A DNA stretch of 64,000 bases, from positions 682,759 to 746,758 of the forward strand of contig JAKITS010000001.1 in NCBI GenBank assembly GCA_021648085.1. Direction: 5' to 3'. Source of the stretch: Candidatus Magasanikiibacteriota bacterium. Its GTDB lineage: Bacteria > Patescibacteriota > Patescibacteriia > Magasanikbacterales > UBA922. Under the pieces are notes generated by a model. It was not told the DNA's origin. It was given only the letters and a program-made list of their open reading frames with translations, and made no database searches. Below, piece after piece: positions 10,429 through 20,381 of the stretch. The position numbers were made by a program, and so were the translations under genes. How positions within the stretch are numbered: the stretch's first letter is position 1; each line of letters starts with the position of its first letter.

Positions 10429-11202
10429 ATGTTAATCCCAGCAAAAGAACTAATTCAAAAAACAATAGATATTTATAAAGAAAATTTTAAACTTTTCTTT
10501 TCGTATGTAATTGCACTATTTATTCCAACAGGGATAATAACAATACTCTCAACTTTTGTAAAAGAATTTGCAGCAAGTGATTCTGCCAGAGACGCAATGA
10601 TTTTCAATGGATATTTTGTTTTATTATTAGCCTCCTGGTTTGCTACATTTTGGATTACAGCAAGTTTTATACGTGTTTTCTACGCAAAATATAATGGAAA
10701 AGAAGTAAGAGATATTAAAACAGAATTATCAAATGTGAAACATGTTTTAATTCCTGCAATTTTAGCTTCTATATTATCTACACTTATTATTATTGTTGGA
10801 TATATACTCTTTATAATTCCAGGTGTAATATTTTCAATTTGGTATTTTTTTACACTTCATGAAGCCGTTATCAACGAAAAGAAGGTCGTGGAAGCTATTA
10901 AATCTAGTAAAGAACTGGTAAAAGGACGCTGGTGGGCAGTACTTTGGAGGTTGTTTGCTTCAATTTTAATTTTTGCTATTTTAATGTTAATTATAGGAGG
11001 ACTTGTTGGTGGAATTCTTGGTCTACTTACTTCTGGAATAGACGAAACATCCAGTGTTTACACTTTTGCTTTAATTATGTCTAGTTTAATTACAAGTTTT
11101 GTGAGTATACTTTTTATACCACTTACAAATGGGGCACCGATTATCCTATTTACTGAACTTCAAAAAACCCCAAAGGTTGCAGAAATAACACAAAAACAGT
11201 AA
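10429..11202 (+). CDS. Integral membrane protein (FIIPG...S..LVKG.WW type)
   Basis: Several TM helices; LFIIPG and SKELVKGRWW motifs. Confidence 0.75.
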   Translation: MLIPAKELIQKTIDIYKENFKLFFSYVIALFIPTGIITILSTFVKEFAASDSARDAMIFNGYFVLLLASWFATFWITASFIRVFYAKYNGKEVRDIKTELSNVKHVLIPAILASILSTLIIIVGYILFIIPGVIFSIWYFFTLHEAVINEKKVVEAIKSSKELVKGRWWAVLWRLFASILIFAILMLIIGGLVGGILGLLTSGIDETSSVYTFALIMSSLITSFVSILFIPLTNGAPIILFTELQKTPKVAEITQKQ

Positions 11203-11390
11203 AATAGAAACAACTTAGGTAGATTAAAAAACCCTTCTACTTTAGAAGGGTTTTTTGTTTCTATCCTACACAAGTATAGCGACTCCTGTCTGCCAGCAGG
11301 CTATCATCAAGTCAAATGCAATTTGACAATTCATCAAACGAAGTGATCTATCGAGCAAAGCGATCCATCACTTCCTAATTCTTCAAAAAT

Positions 11391-12935
11391 ATGTATCAAA
11401 CAATCATTGGAATGGAGGTTCATGTAGAACTAAAAACAAATAGCAAAATGTTTTGCTCTTGCAAAAATAATCCAGACGAAAATGAGCCAAATAAAAATGT
11501 ATGCGAAATTTGCCTTGGTCACCCAGGCACGCTTCCAACAGCAAACAAAAAAGCCATCGCGTGGACTGTAAAAATTGGAAAAGCTTTGGGCTGTTCTATT
11601 CGTGAAGTTTCAAAATTTGATCGTAAACATTATTTTTATCCAGACCTGCCAAAAGCATATCAAATTTCTCAGTTTGACGAGCCTATTGCAGAACACGGAG
11701 AAATAACTCTTACTTTTGAAACAGAAGAAAATGTTCGCGATACTGCTTTGATTGAGATAGAAAGAGTACATTTGGAAGAAGATACAGCAAAATTGACACA
11801 TGACAAAGAAGGAAACACTTTGGCAGATTTCAATCGCGCCAGCACTCCCCTCGTTGAAATTGTATCAAGGCCAGATTTCAAAACTCCACTTGAAGCAAAA
11901 ACTTATTGCCAAGAATTACGCTCAATTTTGAGATATTTAAATGTGAGTGATGCGAATATGGAAAAAGGTCTAATGCGTTGTGAGGCAAATATTTCTGTGC
12001 AAGAAGCAGGAAAATTTGAAATTGTGGATGGAGTTGTAAAACCACTTGGTGATTATGTTTTAAATTCAAAAGTTGAAGTAAAAAACTTAAATTCTTTTAA
12101 AGCAGTAGAGAAAGCACTTGAATTTGAAATTGCGCAGCAGACAAAAATGCTGGAAAATGGAGAAAATTGGGAACAGCAGACAAAAGGTTGGGACGCAAAA
12201 AAACAAGAAACAATTCCACAAAGAAAAAAGGAATCTGCACATGATTATAGATATTTTCCAGAACCAGATATTCCACCGTTTCACCCTTTGCAAATTGCTG
12301 GTGAGATAAGTTTGCCAGAATTACCAATTGCAAAAAGAAAGAGGTTTCACACAGAGTACGGATTTTCCTATTCTGACTCCAAAATACTGACAAACGATAA
12401 AGAGTGGGCAGATTTTACCGAACGCGTGATGAGCGAGCTTGTGGACTGGTTGCACAGCCTGCCAGAAATAAAAGGAGATAGCAATGAAATAATGGAAGAA
12501 AAAAGAAATAAAATCGCACGACTTTGTGGAGGCTGGCTTACCAGTAAACTAATGGGTGAAATGATAAATAGAAAAATGCATATAAAAACTTTGGCAATTT
12601 CTCCAGAAAATTTTGCAGAACTTGTGGCACTTGTTTATGCTGAACGCATCAATTCTACAAATGCACTCAAACTTTTGGGAGATATGCTTAACGCTGGAAC
12701 TGATATTGACCCGACACAAATAATGGAGGAAAAAGGTTATGGGCAAATTAACGATGAAGGAAAATTGGGTGAAATTATAGAAAATGTAATCCGAAGTTAT
12801 CCAGACCAAGTGGAACAATTTAAACAAGGAAAAGAACCAATACTAAAATTCCTAATTGGAATGGCAATGAAAGCAAGTGAAGGAAGTGCTGACCCAAAAG
12901 TTTTGGAAAAAATGCTTAGAGAAAAATTGAAATAA
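11391..12935 (+). CDS. gatB: Asp-tRNA(Asn)/Glu-tRNA(Gln) amidotransferase subunit B
   Basis: GMEVHVEL, RKHYFYPDLPK, HLEED, EVKNLNSF, DYRYFPEPD. Confidence 0.97.
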   Translation: MYQTIIGMEVHVELKTNSKMFCSCKNNPDENEPNKNVCEICLGHPGTLPTANKKAIAWTVKIGKALGCSIREVSKFDRKHYFYPDLPKAYQISQFDEPIAEHGEITLTFETEENVRDTALIEIERVHLEEDTAKLTHDKEGNTLADFNRASTPLVEIVSRPDFKTPLEAKTYCQELRSILRYLNVSDANMEKGLMRCEANISVQEAGKFEIVDGVVKPLGDYVLNSKVEVKNLNSFKAVEKALEFEIAQQTKMLENGENWEQQTKGWDAKKQETIPQRKKESAHDYRYFPEPDIPPFHPLQIAGEISLPELPIAKRKRFHTEYGFSYSDSKILTNDKEWADFTERVMSELVDWLHSLPEIKGDSNEIMEEKRNKIARLCGGWLTSKLMGEMINRKMHIKTLAISPENFAELVALVYAERINSTNALKLLGDMLNAGTDIDPTQIMEEKGYGQINDEGKLGEIIENVIRSYPDQVEQFKQGKEPILKFLIGMAMKASEGSADPKVLEKMLREKLK

Positions 12936-12976
12936 ACAAAACAAAAAAGAACTTTTAAAAAGTTCTTTTTTGTTTT
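12936..12976. terminator. Bidirectional intrinsic terminator
   Basis: AAAACAAAAAAGAACTTTT-A-AAAAGTTCTTTTTTGTTTT between convergent genes. Confidence 0.75.
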
Positions 12977-13029
12977 AACCTTTTCACATAAACTCCCCGC
13001 TCAACCTAAAAAAGGTTAAGCGGGATTTT

Positions 13030-13482
13030 TTATTCCCAACAATTTACAAGACCCTCTTTTAAATGATGCTCTTTTGCCATTATTTTTATTAATTTTATTT
13101 CGATATCATTAAAAAAAATCATTGCATAACATGTTGCCTGAGCATCTAATTTCTCGGCAGTAGTAAATTTCCAATTTAAATCAACACCTAAAATAATATG
13201 CCCTTCTTCGTGTCGAAGAACAAATTCTTGCAAAAGTGGTGGTAAATTTTGTATATAAAAAGTATCCACAACTATTATTAATTCTCCTTCTGGATTTTCT
13301 ATAACCTCGGCTACAGTATGCCCATCCCAACGATAATTACCAACATCATCTGGATCTAAAGGAGAATAATAAATTTTTATATTTGGATCACTTGGTGTGA
13401 ATTCAACAAGTTTATAAGTCTTACAAGCATTCAGACCTATTAAAAAAAATAGACAAGCAAATACAGTTAAATTTCTCACCAC
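13030..13482 (-). CDS. Orphan putative lipoprotein with HExxH metallopeptidase-like motif
   Basis: Signal with LNAC lipobox, FVLRHEEGH; AAAAGGAGGG SD. Confidence 0.65.
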   Translation of the reverse strand: MVRNLTVFACLFFLIGLNACKTYKLVEFTPSDPNIKIYYSPLDPDDVGNYRWDGHTVAEVIENPEGELIIVVDTFYIQNLPPLLQEFVLRHEEGHIILGVDLNWKFTTAEKLDAQATCYAMIFFNDIEIKLIKIMAKEHHLKEGLVNCWE

Positions 13483-13617
13483 TCTTCCCTCCTTTTATAA
13501 ATTGTAGGGAATGGACGCACCCAAAATTAGGTGTAAATTTATTTTAACACTTTAAAAATAAATTACCAAAAATATAATATTATCATAATACATTAAATTT
13601 TATCCACAACCCAAGTT

Positions 13618-13860
13618 TTGCACAAAAATTAAAATCCTGTTATTATTTATCGCAGTATGAATACATCAAAATATCTACAAAATTCAGAAAATAAATACGG
13701 TAATAATAAAATCACCTAGTCGGTGATTTTTTTCTTTTTTATGAATATACTAAAAATAATTCTGCAACAATTAGACATAAATAAAGTTACTAGATACAGT
13801 TGCCTTAGAATAATTATTTCTAGGCAAGTTTATTCCACCTAAACTGGTGGTATTTTTTTA
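13618..13860 (+). promoter_or_regulatory. pyr operon promoter and two tandem leader-peptide attenuators
   Basis: TTGCAC-17-TATTAT at 13618-13646; leader ORFs 13657-13719 and 13741-13842, each ending inside a hairpin followed by a T-run. Confidence 0.6.
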
Positions 13861-13869
13861 AAAAATTTT

Positions 13870-15318
13870 ATGAACCAAAATTTCAAAGGAAAAAGTATTA
13901 TATCCATCAAAGAATTAACAAAAGAAGAAATTCTTTATATTTTAGAATGTGCACAAGAGTTAAAAATTAACCCAAAACCAAACCTACTTTCAGGATATGT
14001 CATGGGAAGTTGCTTTTTTGAACCATCTACTAGAACTAGACTATCTTTTGAAACTGCTATGAATCGTTTGGGTGGAAAAGTAGTGGGATTTGCAAATGCT
14101 GGAATAACCTCAGCAAAAAAAGGGGAAACTTTATATGATTCAATAAAAAATATTGGTCAATATGTGGATATAATAGCAATGCGTCATCCTTTGGAAGGAA
14201 CTGCCAGAAGAGCGACGGAGGCAACAGACAAACCAATTTTAAACGGCGGAGACGGCACAAATCAACATCCAACTCAAACACTTTTAGATTTATTTTCAAT
14301 AAAAGAGTGTCAAGGAACTTTAAATAATTTGAACATTGCGATAATAGGAGATTTGAAATATGGAAGAACTGCACACAGCCTAACACAAGCTCTAACTCAT
14401 TTTAAACCTAGATTACATTTTGTTGCTCCAAATTTTCTGCAAATGCCCAATTATATACTCGACGGACTAAAAGAAAATGGAATTGAGTATTTTTTACATA
14501 AAAAAATGGAAAACCTGTTGACTGAAGTGGATATTTTGTATATGACAAGAATTCAAGCAGAAAGATTTTCAGATCGAGCAGCATATGAAAAAGTAAAAAA
14601 TGTCTATATTTTGACATCTGGTATGCTTCAAAATGTTAAAGAAAATATGAGAATTATGCATCCACTACCGAGAGTAAATGAGATTGAGACAAAAATAGAC
14701 GACACAAAATATGCATACTATTTTCAACAAGCAGAAAACGGATTATTTGTGCGGCAAGCACTTCTGGGATTATTACTTGGGAAATCAATTTTAAATGAAA
14801 ATATGCAAATTAATGAGCCAACTTTTAATAATTACAGAATTGAAAATAAACAATTTGAGAATGAAAATAAACAATTTAAAGTTCTCACCATAGAAAACGG
14901 AACAGTTATAGACCATATACCTAAAAAAGTTGCTTTTAAATTATTCAAAATATTAAACTTGGCAAGTGACAATAAAATAGTATCAATAGGTGTAAATTTT
15001 CCTAGTCAAAAAGTGGGTACAAAAAATTTAATTAAAATAGAAAATAAAGAATTAACAGAAAAAGAAGTTAGTATTTTGGCTATTTTTGCACCGGACGCCA
15101 CGATAAATATTATCCGCAATTTTAAAGTTTATAAAAAATTTAAAACTGTAATTCCAAAAGAAGTCGCCAAACTTTTGGTTTGTCCAAATCCAAACTGTAT
15201 AACAAATAATGAAAAAATGGATAGTCATTTTTTCATTAATAAAAATAATTTAGACGCTCAATGCAAATATTGTGAGAAAATTTTTCATCAAAATGAAATT
15301 AAAAAATATAAAATATAA
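13870..15318 (+). CDS. pyrBI: Aspartate carbamoyltransferase, catalytic and regulatory chains fused (PyrB-PyrI)
   Basis: FFEPSTRT, HPTQ, HPLP followed in frame by IENGTVIDHI, CPNPNCITN, CKYCE. Confidence 0.93.
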   Translation: MNQNFKGKSIISIKELTKEEILYILECAQELKINPKPNLLSGYVMGSCFFEPSTRTRLSFETAMNRLGGKVVGFANAGITSAKKGETLYDSIKNIGQYVDIIAMRHPLEGTARRATEATDKPILNGGDGTNQHPTQTLLDLFSIKECQGTLNNLNIAIIGDLKYGRTAHSLTQALTHFKPRLHFVAPNFLQMPNYILDGLKENGIEYFLHKKMENLLTEVDILYMTRIQAERFSDRAAYEKVKNVYILTSGMLQNVKENMRIMHPLPRVNEIETKIDDTKYAYYFQQAENGLFVRQALLGLLLGKSILNENMQINEPTFNNYRIENKQFENENKQFKVLTIENGTVIDHIPKKVAFKLFKILNLASDNKIVSIGVNFPSQKVGTKNLIKIENKELTEKEVSILAIFAPDATINIIRNFKVYKKFKTVIPKEVAKLLVCPNPNCITNNEKMDSHFFINKNNLDAQCKYCEKIFHQNEIKKYKI

Positions 15319-15323
15319 AAAAT

Positions 15324-16277
15324 ATGAGACATATAATTTCACTAAAAGAACAATCAAAAAATGATATTTTGGGAATACTCAACACAGCTATAAAACTGAA
15401 AAAAGAATTTAAATCTGGAGTTGAACATAAAATATTATCAAACCAAACTTTGATAATGCTTTTTCAAAAATCATCCACCAGAACAAGACTTTCTTTTGAA
15501 ACAGCTATGACACAATTGGGCGGACACGCTATTTTTCTAGATGCAAAAACTACTCAGTTTTCTTTGACTGATTTTGGTGATGAAGTGCAAGCTGTTATGA
15601 GATTTGGAGAACTGCTAATGTTTAGAGCCAAAAAATCCGCAGATGTGGAATTGGCAGCTAATTTTGACAATATTCCAGTGGTGGACGCTTGTAGTGAAAA
15701 ATATCATCCAGCACAAGCTTTAAGCGATATTTTGACAATGGCTGAACATAGTGGAGGTCTAGAAAATGTAAAAAAAATAGTTTGGCTTGGAGTAGAAAAT
15801 AATGTTTCAAACACACTAATGCTTGCTTGCGCAAAATTAGGAATAGAAGTTGTTTTGGTGGCACCAGAAATAGACCCAGATAGTATTGATACAGAATTAA
15901 ACAAACAAGCAGAAGAAACAGGAAAAATAAAAAGAACATTGAATTTGCGTGATGCACTACAAGACGCAGATTATGTTCATACAGATACTTGGATGAATAT
16001 GGAGTTTTTTGAAAATGGAAAAGTAAAGCCAGAAATGCAAGAAGAATTTTACAGAAAAAAAGAAAAATTTATGCCATATCAACTTAATGCTAATTTAATT
16101 GATACTTACGCACCAAACGCAAAAATAATGCATTGTATGCCTTGTCATATTGGATATGAAATATCACGCGATGCTATTGATCACAAAAATTCAATAATTT
16201 TTGATCAGGCTGAAAACAGATTGCATATGCAAAAAGCTATGATATTATGGATGTTGGAGAAAGAAAATCTAGTTTAG
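15324..16277 (+). CDS. argF: Ornithine carbamoyltransferase family protein
   Basis: SSTRTR, HPAQ, HCMP, QAENR; the usual DxWxSMG loop reads DTWMNME. Confidence 0.8.
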   Translation: MRHIISLKEQSKNDILGILNTAIKLKKEFKSGVEHKILSNQTLIMLFQKSSTRTRLSFETAMTQLGGHAIFLDAKTTQFSLTDFGDEVQAVMRFGELLMFRAKKSADVELAANFDNIPVVDACSEKYHPAQALSDILTMAEHSGGLENVKKIVWLGVENNVSNTLMLACAKLGIEVVLVAPEIDPDSIDTELNKQAEETGKIKRTLNLRDALQDADYVHTDTWMNMEFFENGKVKPEMQEEFYRKKEKFMPYQLNANLIDTYAPNAKIMHCMPCHIGYEISRDAIDHKNSIIFDQAENRLHMQKAMILWMLEKENLV

Positions 16278-16278
16278 T

Positions 16279-18984
16279 ATGAAAATTTTAAACGAGCCGA
16301 TTTATGACAAAAATAAATCTTATCAATACAACCTTATAAACGGTCCGTTTTTCAATGAAGAAATTCCAACGATTCCTGATGTAGAAAAAGAAAAATGGGT
16401 TGATTTTCTAGGTTTTAAAATTCGCTCCAGAATCGGTGTGCCAGCTGGACCACTCTTGAGCTCAAAATGGATAGCTCTTGCCTCGAAAATGGGGTTTGAT
16501 ATTCTCACTTACAAAACAATTCGAAGTAAATATGCAGGTGGGCACAAGAGTCCAAATATTGTGTTCGTTGAAACTCCAAACCAATTTAAAACTTCAGACC
16601 TGAACACAAATTTTACACTCAAAAAAACTCCAGTTAAAAAGACAGGTGAAATAGCAATCACCAACTCTTTTGGTATGCCTTCTATGGATCCAGATTTTCT
16701 AATAGAAGATATCAAAAAAGCTCACGCAAGTATAAAAGAAGGGCAAATTATCATAGTTTCTGTAGTTGGAAGCCAAAGCGAAAATACAAGTTTGGCAGAA
16801 GATTTTGTAAATGTTTCTAAGCTTGCAAAAAGTGCTGGTGCAAAAATAATTGAGGTAAATTTTTCTTGTCCAAATGTAAAAAGTAAAGAAGGAATTTTGT
16901 ACAAAGACTCTGAGCAAGTTTTTGAGATAATTCAAAAAATAAAAAATGAAATAAAAGAAACACCTTTAATCGTAAAACTTGGTTTTTTTGAAACTGTAGA
17001 ATCACTCCAAAAAACTTTGGTTGCAATATCAAAAGCTGGAGCCTCTGGAATTGCGGGTATAAACTCTGTCTCCGTAGCCGTTCAAAAAGAAGATGGCTCA
17101 CCAGCACTTGGAATTGGTAGAGAAAAAAGTGGACTTTGCGGAAACCCAATTCGAAATTTAGCACTAGAATTGACAAAAAATGCAAAAGAAATTATTGAAA
17201 ATAAAAGCTTAAATCTAAAAATAATTGGAATGGGTGGAGTTTCCGAACCAAAGCATTTCAATGAATTTTTGCAAGCCGGAGCCGATATTACAATGACCGC
17301 AACCACAATGCTTTGGCATCCACAAATAGCATTTGAATATAAAAAAGAACAGCAAAAAAATAAACTGGTTTCAGATTTATTTGAAATAGGCGCTATAAAA
17401 TTTGGTGGATTTACTCTAAAAAATGGAACTCTCTCGCCTATTTATATAGATCTGCGTATCACAGTTTCATATCCAAAAATTCTGATGAAAATTGCAGACG
17501 CATTAAATGAATTAGCTTCAAATACAGATTTTGATCTTATTTGTGGAGTTCCTTATACTGCCCTACCGTTTGCTACAGCAATGTCTATAAAATATAATAT
17601 TCCAATGGTAATGCGCAGAAAAGAAGCAAAAAAATACGGCACAAAAAAAATAATAGAAGGTGCTTTTGAGTCAGGGCAAACATGTTTAATTGTAGAAGAT
17701 TTGATTACAAGCGGATCTAGTGTTTTAGAAACTGTTGAACCGCTAAATGATGTAGGCCTAAATGTGACAGATGTTGTAATACTTTTGGACAGACAGCAAG
17801 GCGGAAGAGAAAATTTAGAAAAAGCTGGAATAACAGTAAAATCAATCTTTAAAATAAGTGAATTGTTGGAAACCCTTTTAAACCAAAATAAAATCTCTGA
17901 ACAAAAATTTAATGAAATACAAAATTATCTTTATAGCACAAAAATAGAAAAAATAACAATACGAAAACCAGATGATTTTCATGTGCATTTGCGCAGAGGA
18001 CAAACACTTATCAATGTTTTACCTTTTACATCCGCAGTATTCAAAAGAGCCGTAATAATGGGAAACACAACTCCACCAATTAAAAATAGTCCTGACGTTA
18101 TTTCTTACAAAAAAGAAATAGGACTGCACGCTCACGACGGATTCACGCCAATAATGTCGATAATGCTTACAAACAGCACAACACCAAAAGACATAGAAGA
18201 TGCTTTTGACGCTGGAGCAAAAGTATTAAAACTTATCCCTGAAGGAACCTCTACAAATTCCGATGAAGGTGTGCCTTTGTCACTTCTTAAAAATTATTAC
18301 AATGTCCTTAAAATTGTACAAGATTTGGGTATGATTTTCTCTGGACACTGGGAGTTAATTGAAAATCCAGAAACTGGAGAAAAAATTCCTGAAATAGAAA
18401 GAGAAACACAGGCAATTCCATTTCTTTTAAAATTAATTAGAGATTTTCCTAAATTAAAAATAGTTGTAGAACATGTGACATCCAAAGAAATGATACAAAC
18501 TGTTGAACAATCTCCTAACAATGTTTCAGCTACTATTTCTGCACACCATCCAATTTTAACTTTTGACGATGTGTGCAATAAAGATAGTGATATTATCAAT
18601 CCCCTCAATTATTGCAAACCTATCGCAAAAAATGAGGTAGACCAAAAAGCAATAATTAAAGCAATGACTAGCGGAAATCCAAAATTCTTTTTTGGTTCAG
18701 ATAGCGCTCCACATCCAATTAATCAGAAAATAGATAGCCAAAATTGTCCTGCTGGAATATTTTCAGCCCCAATTGCATTACCTTTATTATGCGAAATTTT
18801 TGAAAATGAAAATGCTTTAGATAAATTAGAAGATTTTGTATCAAAATTTGGTGCAGAATTTTATGGAATACCTTTAAACCAAGAATCTATTACATTGAAA
18901 AAGGAGCAGTGGAATACTCCTTATGAACACAACGGAATTGGAATATTTAAAGGTAAAGATAAATTAAATTGGCAAATTATTTAA
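16279..18984 (+). CDS. Triple fusion: dihydroorotate dehydrogenase-like + orotate phosphoribosyltransferase + dihydroorotase (PyrD-PyrE-PyrC)
   Basis: EVNFSCPN and IIGMGGV; FTLKNGTLSPIYIDLR and LIVEDLITSGSS; PDDFHVHLR and FGSDSAPH in one 901-aa frame. Confidence 0.88.
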   Translation: MKILNEPIYDKNKSYQYNLINGPFFNEEIPTIPDVEKEKWVDFLGFKIRSRIGVPAGPLLSSKWIALASKMGFDILTYKTIRSKYAGGHKSPNIVFVETPNQFKTSDLNTNFTLKKTPVKKTGEIAITNSFGMPSMDPDFLIEDIKKAHASIKEGQIIIVSVVGSQSENTSLAEDFVNVSKLAKSAGAKIIEVNFSCPNVKSKEGILYKDSEQVFEIIQKIKNEIKETPLIVKLGFFETVESLQKTLVAISKAGASGIAGINSVSVAVQKEDGSPALGIGREKSGLCGNPIRNLALELTKNAKEIIENKSLNLKIIGMGGVSEPKHFNEFLQAGADITMTATTMLWHPQIAFEYKKEQQKNKLVSDLFEIGAIKFGGFTLKNGTLSPIYIDLRITVSYPKILMKIADALNELASNTDFDLICGVPYTALPFATAMSIKYNIPMVMRRKEAKKYGTKKIIEGAFESGQTCLIVEDLITSGSSVLETVEPLNDVGLNVTDVVILLDRQQGGRENLEKAGITVKSIFKISELLETLLNQNKISEQKFNEIQNYLYSTKIEKITIRKPDDFHVHLRRGQTLINVLPFTSAVFKRAVIMGNTTPPIKNSPDVISYKKEIGLHAHDGFTPIMSIMLTNSTTPKDIEDAFDAGAKVLKLIPEGTSTNSDEGVPLSLLKNYYNVLKIVQDLGMIFSGHWELIENPETGEKIPEIERETQAIPFLLKLIRDFPKLKIVVEHVTSKEMIQTVEQSPNNVSATISAHHPILTFDDVCNKDSDIINPLNYCKPIAKNEVDQKAIIKAMTSGNPKFFFGSDSAPHPINQKIDSQNCPAGIFSAPIALPLLCEIFENENALDKLEDFVSKFGAEFYGIPLNQESITLKKEQWNTPYEHNGIGIFKGKDKLNWQII

Positions 18985-19049
18985 TTGACAAAAATTAGTT
19001 TTTACTGCTTTACTTAAATAAAGAACTTTTTCTAAAAAAGGAGTATAAA

Positions 19050-19340
19050 ATGAACGCAAATATAATTAGAATTATTTTTGGAATAATCATACTTTTTTGC
19101 TTTCTATATCCGCTTAAAAAAAATATTTACATACCCAAATATCACTTAATAAAATTGATAGTTATATTTTTTATTTGCTCTTTACATATTATTCTTATTT
19201 CTTTTTATGTTTTTATTTTTGATCTTTTAATATTCACACTTGTACTTAGTTTTATTTATCTTTTTAACTTGACTTTTTTGAAAAAAAATACTAAAATAAG
19301 CAAGTTCCAAAATCAAAGGAGGAAATGGTGGATCTTTTAG
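19050..19340 (+). CDS. Small orphan membrane protein
   Basis: TTGACA 18985, AAAGGAG SD, three hydrophobic segments. Confidence 0.55.
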   Translation: MNANIIRIIFGIIILFCFLYPLKKNIYIPKYHLIKLIVIFFICSLHIILISFYVFIFDLLIFTLVLSFIYLFNLTFLKKNTKISKFQNQRRKWWIF

Positions 19341-19576
19341 GTATTATTTTATTGACTGTAATTTACGCGATTATTTGCGCATTAATACCAGAAAAAAGAT
19401 ATCATCTTTACGCAATTCTATTTTGTATTTTTGTTATTTTTATTTTAAATATATTAATACAAAATTATGCAGTAAACCTTTTAATTGTAATATTCGGTTT
19501 TTTATTAGGAGAAATATTAAGAGTCAATTTAACACATATAAAATCTAAAGAAGATATAAAAGGAGTAAAAGAATAA
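19325..19576 (+). CDS. Small orphan membrane protein
   Basis: AAAGGAGG SD, three TM segments, terminator AAAAAACCGCC-AACTC-GGCGGTTTTTT. Confidence 0.6.
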   Translation: MVDLLGIILLTVIYAIICALIPEKRYHLYAILFCIFVIFILNILIQNYAVNLLIVIFGFLLGEILRVNLTHIKSKEDIKGVKE

Positions 19577-19612
19577 AAACAAAAAACCGCCAACTCGGCG
19601 GTTTTTTTGATA

Positions 19613-19735
19613 GGATCCCCAACTTGATTAGGGATCCAGGGTTTGTATAATAGTGTAATTATTATAGTTTATATATTTTTATATAAAATAATTCCGGTTT
19701 GTAAACCCTGGATTCCCGATTAGCGCGGGAATTAC
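19613..19735. repeat. REP/MITE-like element, family A
   Basis: CCAGGGTTT...AAACCCTGG inverted repeat with terminal hairpins; interior closely matches 27616-27743. Confidence 0.7.
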
Positions 19736-19766
19736 AAATTAGAAGTTTAAATAAACACAATTTTTA

Positions 19767-20324
19767 TTATTTCATTTTAGATTCAAAATATGAACGCGTG
19801 GTTAACCCACAAACATCCTGCTCTTTTGTATTAGCATCTGTTCCTCTTTCTTGGATTTCCCCATTAAAATCAAAAATATCTACAACACTTTTGAAACAAG
19901 TAGGATTTCCATACGGATTTGTGCCAACCTCTGTATCGCAGTTTGCAATTGGCTCAAAATAACTATTTTTATAATAACAAAAACCAACGATTACATCCCT
20001 ACAAACAAAATAACTACTGGAAATACTGTCTTCTCCACTGTGAGAAGGAAAATTTCCACAAACACTCAAATTAGTCTTATCACTAGTTCTCACATTTGTA
20101 TTTTCTGACATTAAAAATGATACCTTCTCGTTTAAATCATCCAATTGAATTTGTATCTGTTCTATATCAACTTCTGTGACAGCAGGTTTTTGAAAAATTA
20201 TCAAACTAAGCATTACTAACAAACTAACAAGAAAAGCTAGACCAACAGAAACTATAATAATCCAAACAGGCTCTCTTCCCTCGTTAATTTCATCTATATG
20301 TTTTTCATTTTCTAAAATCTTCAT
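19767..20324 (-). CDS. Membrane-anchored hypothetical protein with Cys-rich extracellular domain
   Basis: One TM helix, short coiled coil, six Cys. Confidence 0.7.
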   Translation of the reverse strand: MKILENEKHIDEINEGREPVWIIIVSVGLAFLVSLLVMLSLIIFQKPAVTEVDIEQIQIQLDDLNEKVSFLMSENTNVRTSDKTNLSVCGNFPSHSGEDSISSSYFVCRDVIVGFCYYKNSYFEPIANCDTEVGTNPYGNPTCFKSVVDIFDFNGEIQERGTDANTKEQDVCGLTTRSYFESKMK

Positions 20325-20381
20325 AGTATAATATTAAAAGATAAGTATATTATACCACAAAAAAAATAACTATTTAAAAAA

